DNA of 64,000 bases, taken from the sequence record MW812341.1. The stretch is one strand, 5' to 3'. Below, one piece after another: positions 63,677-64,000 of the stretch. Positions within the stretch are counted from its first letter, which is position 1, and every line of letters begins with the position of its first letter. The notes under the pieces are model-generated. The model made no database searches. It was given only the letters and a program-made list of their open reading frames with translations, and was not told where the DNA came from. A program made the position numbers and the translations under genes.

Positions 63677-64000
63677 TTACTCCATAAGCTCGATGACTGG
63701 GGCGAAGTAGCCGTTCGCTACCGCAGGGTCAGCGAGCGTGATTAGCTCCAAATCGTTCATTGTGGAATTTGAGGTGGCGATAGAGCGACCACGCATCACC
63801 ACTTTCCCCGAGGTGGGGTCACGTTCCTGGCACAAGAAACCAGCACCCACTAACGACGCATTGGCTGGGAAAATGGAGTAGGTCGGGGTATTAGTCCAGT
63901 TCGGAACCAGTTGCTTATCGGGCACCCATTCACAGAACGGATAAACAAGGTCATTGTACTCACAGCGACCGTACGATGTCGCATCATGCATCTGCCCGTT
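63677..64000 (-). CDS. Virion protein, family D-like C-terminal part; begins beyond the window
   Basis: Frame open to the window edge; CEYNDLVYP..CQE..RG..FAPVIEL matches family D C-termini. Confidence 0.65.
   Translation of the reverse strand, partial: NGQMHDATSYGRCEYNDLVYPFCEWVPDKQLVPNWTNTPTYSIFPANASLVGAGFLCQERDPTSGKVVMRGRSIATSNSTMNDLELITLADPAVANGYFAPVIELME

Noticed and set aside
1-64000. tRNA genes, self-splicing introns, inteins, homing endonucleases, stop-codon reassignment
   Set aside because: No cloverleafs or LAGLIDADG/HNH/GIY-YIG/Hint motifs recognised by eye; long genes are intact in the standard code. tRNAscan and Infernal would be decisive

Overview
64 kb of a phiKZ-like (Chimalliviridae-type) jumbo myophage, roughly 50% GC. 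An enterobacterial host (SPN3US/Erwinia-jumbo-like) is inferred. The call rests on a stand-alone RNA polymerase beta C-terminal fragment, a RecA/UvsX protein, RNase H, a DEDD exonuclease, an SbcC-like ATPase, a tail-spike gene and phiKZ-style promoter motifs, in an order resembling phiKZ gp149-gp165 (recalled, not searched). The left half mixes core genes with accessory paralog arrays. The right half is a late tail-fibre/virion region. Main result: directly behind four tail-fibre-type genes sit three related Cys/Ser/Gly-repeat peptides (conserved leader, CGG[TS]CSW[ST]CS core, 21/20/4 Cys), two radical SAM enzymes and accessory genes, with no transporter or protease. This looks like a phage-encoded RiPP-like system, possibly modifying the virion. 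Other highlights: an 80-aa protein with 13 consecutive residues identical to the EF-Tu N-terminal P-loop region; a bipartite TTTTAC[AG]-N14-T[AG]TG promoter at 10 sites; a promoter- and terminator-bounded structured sRNA candidate; a DarG-like macrodomain; a signal-less DUF1471 protein; an MliC-like lipoprotein; a spanin pair; and a shared C-terminal NGELxGF tag on four virion proteins. No tRNA, rRNA, CRISPR array or mobile element was recognised. All family assignments come from reading motifs by eye, without database searches.
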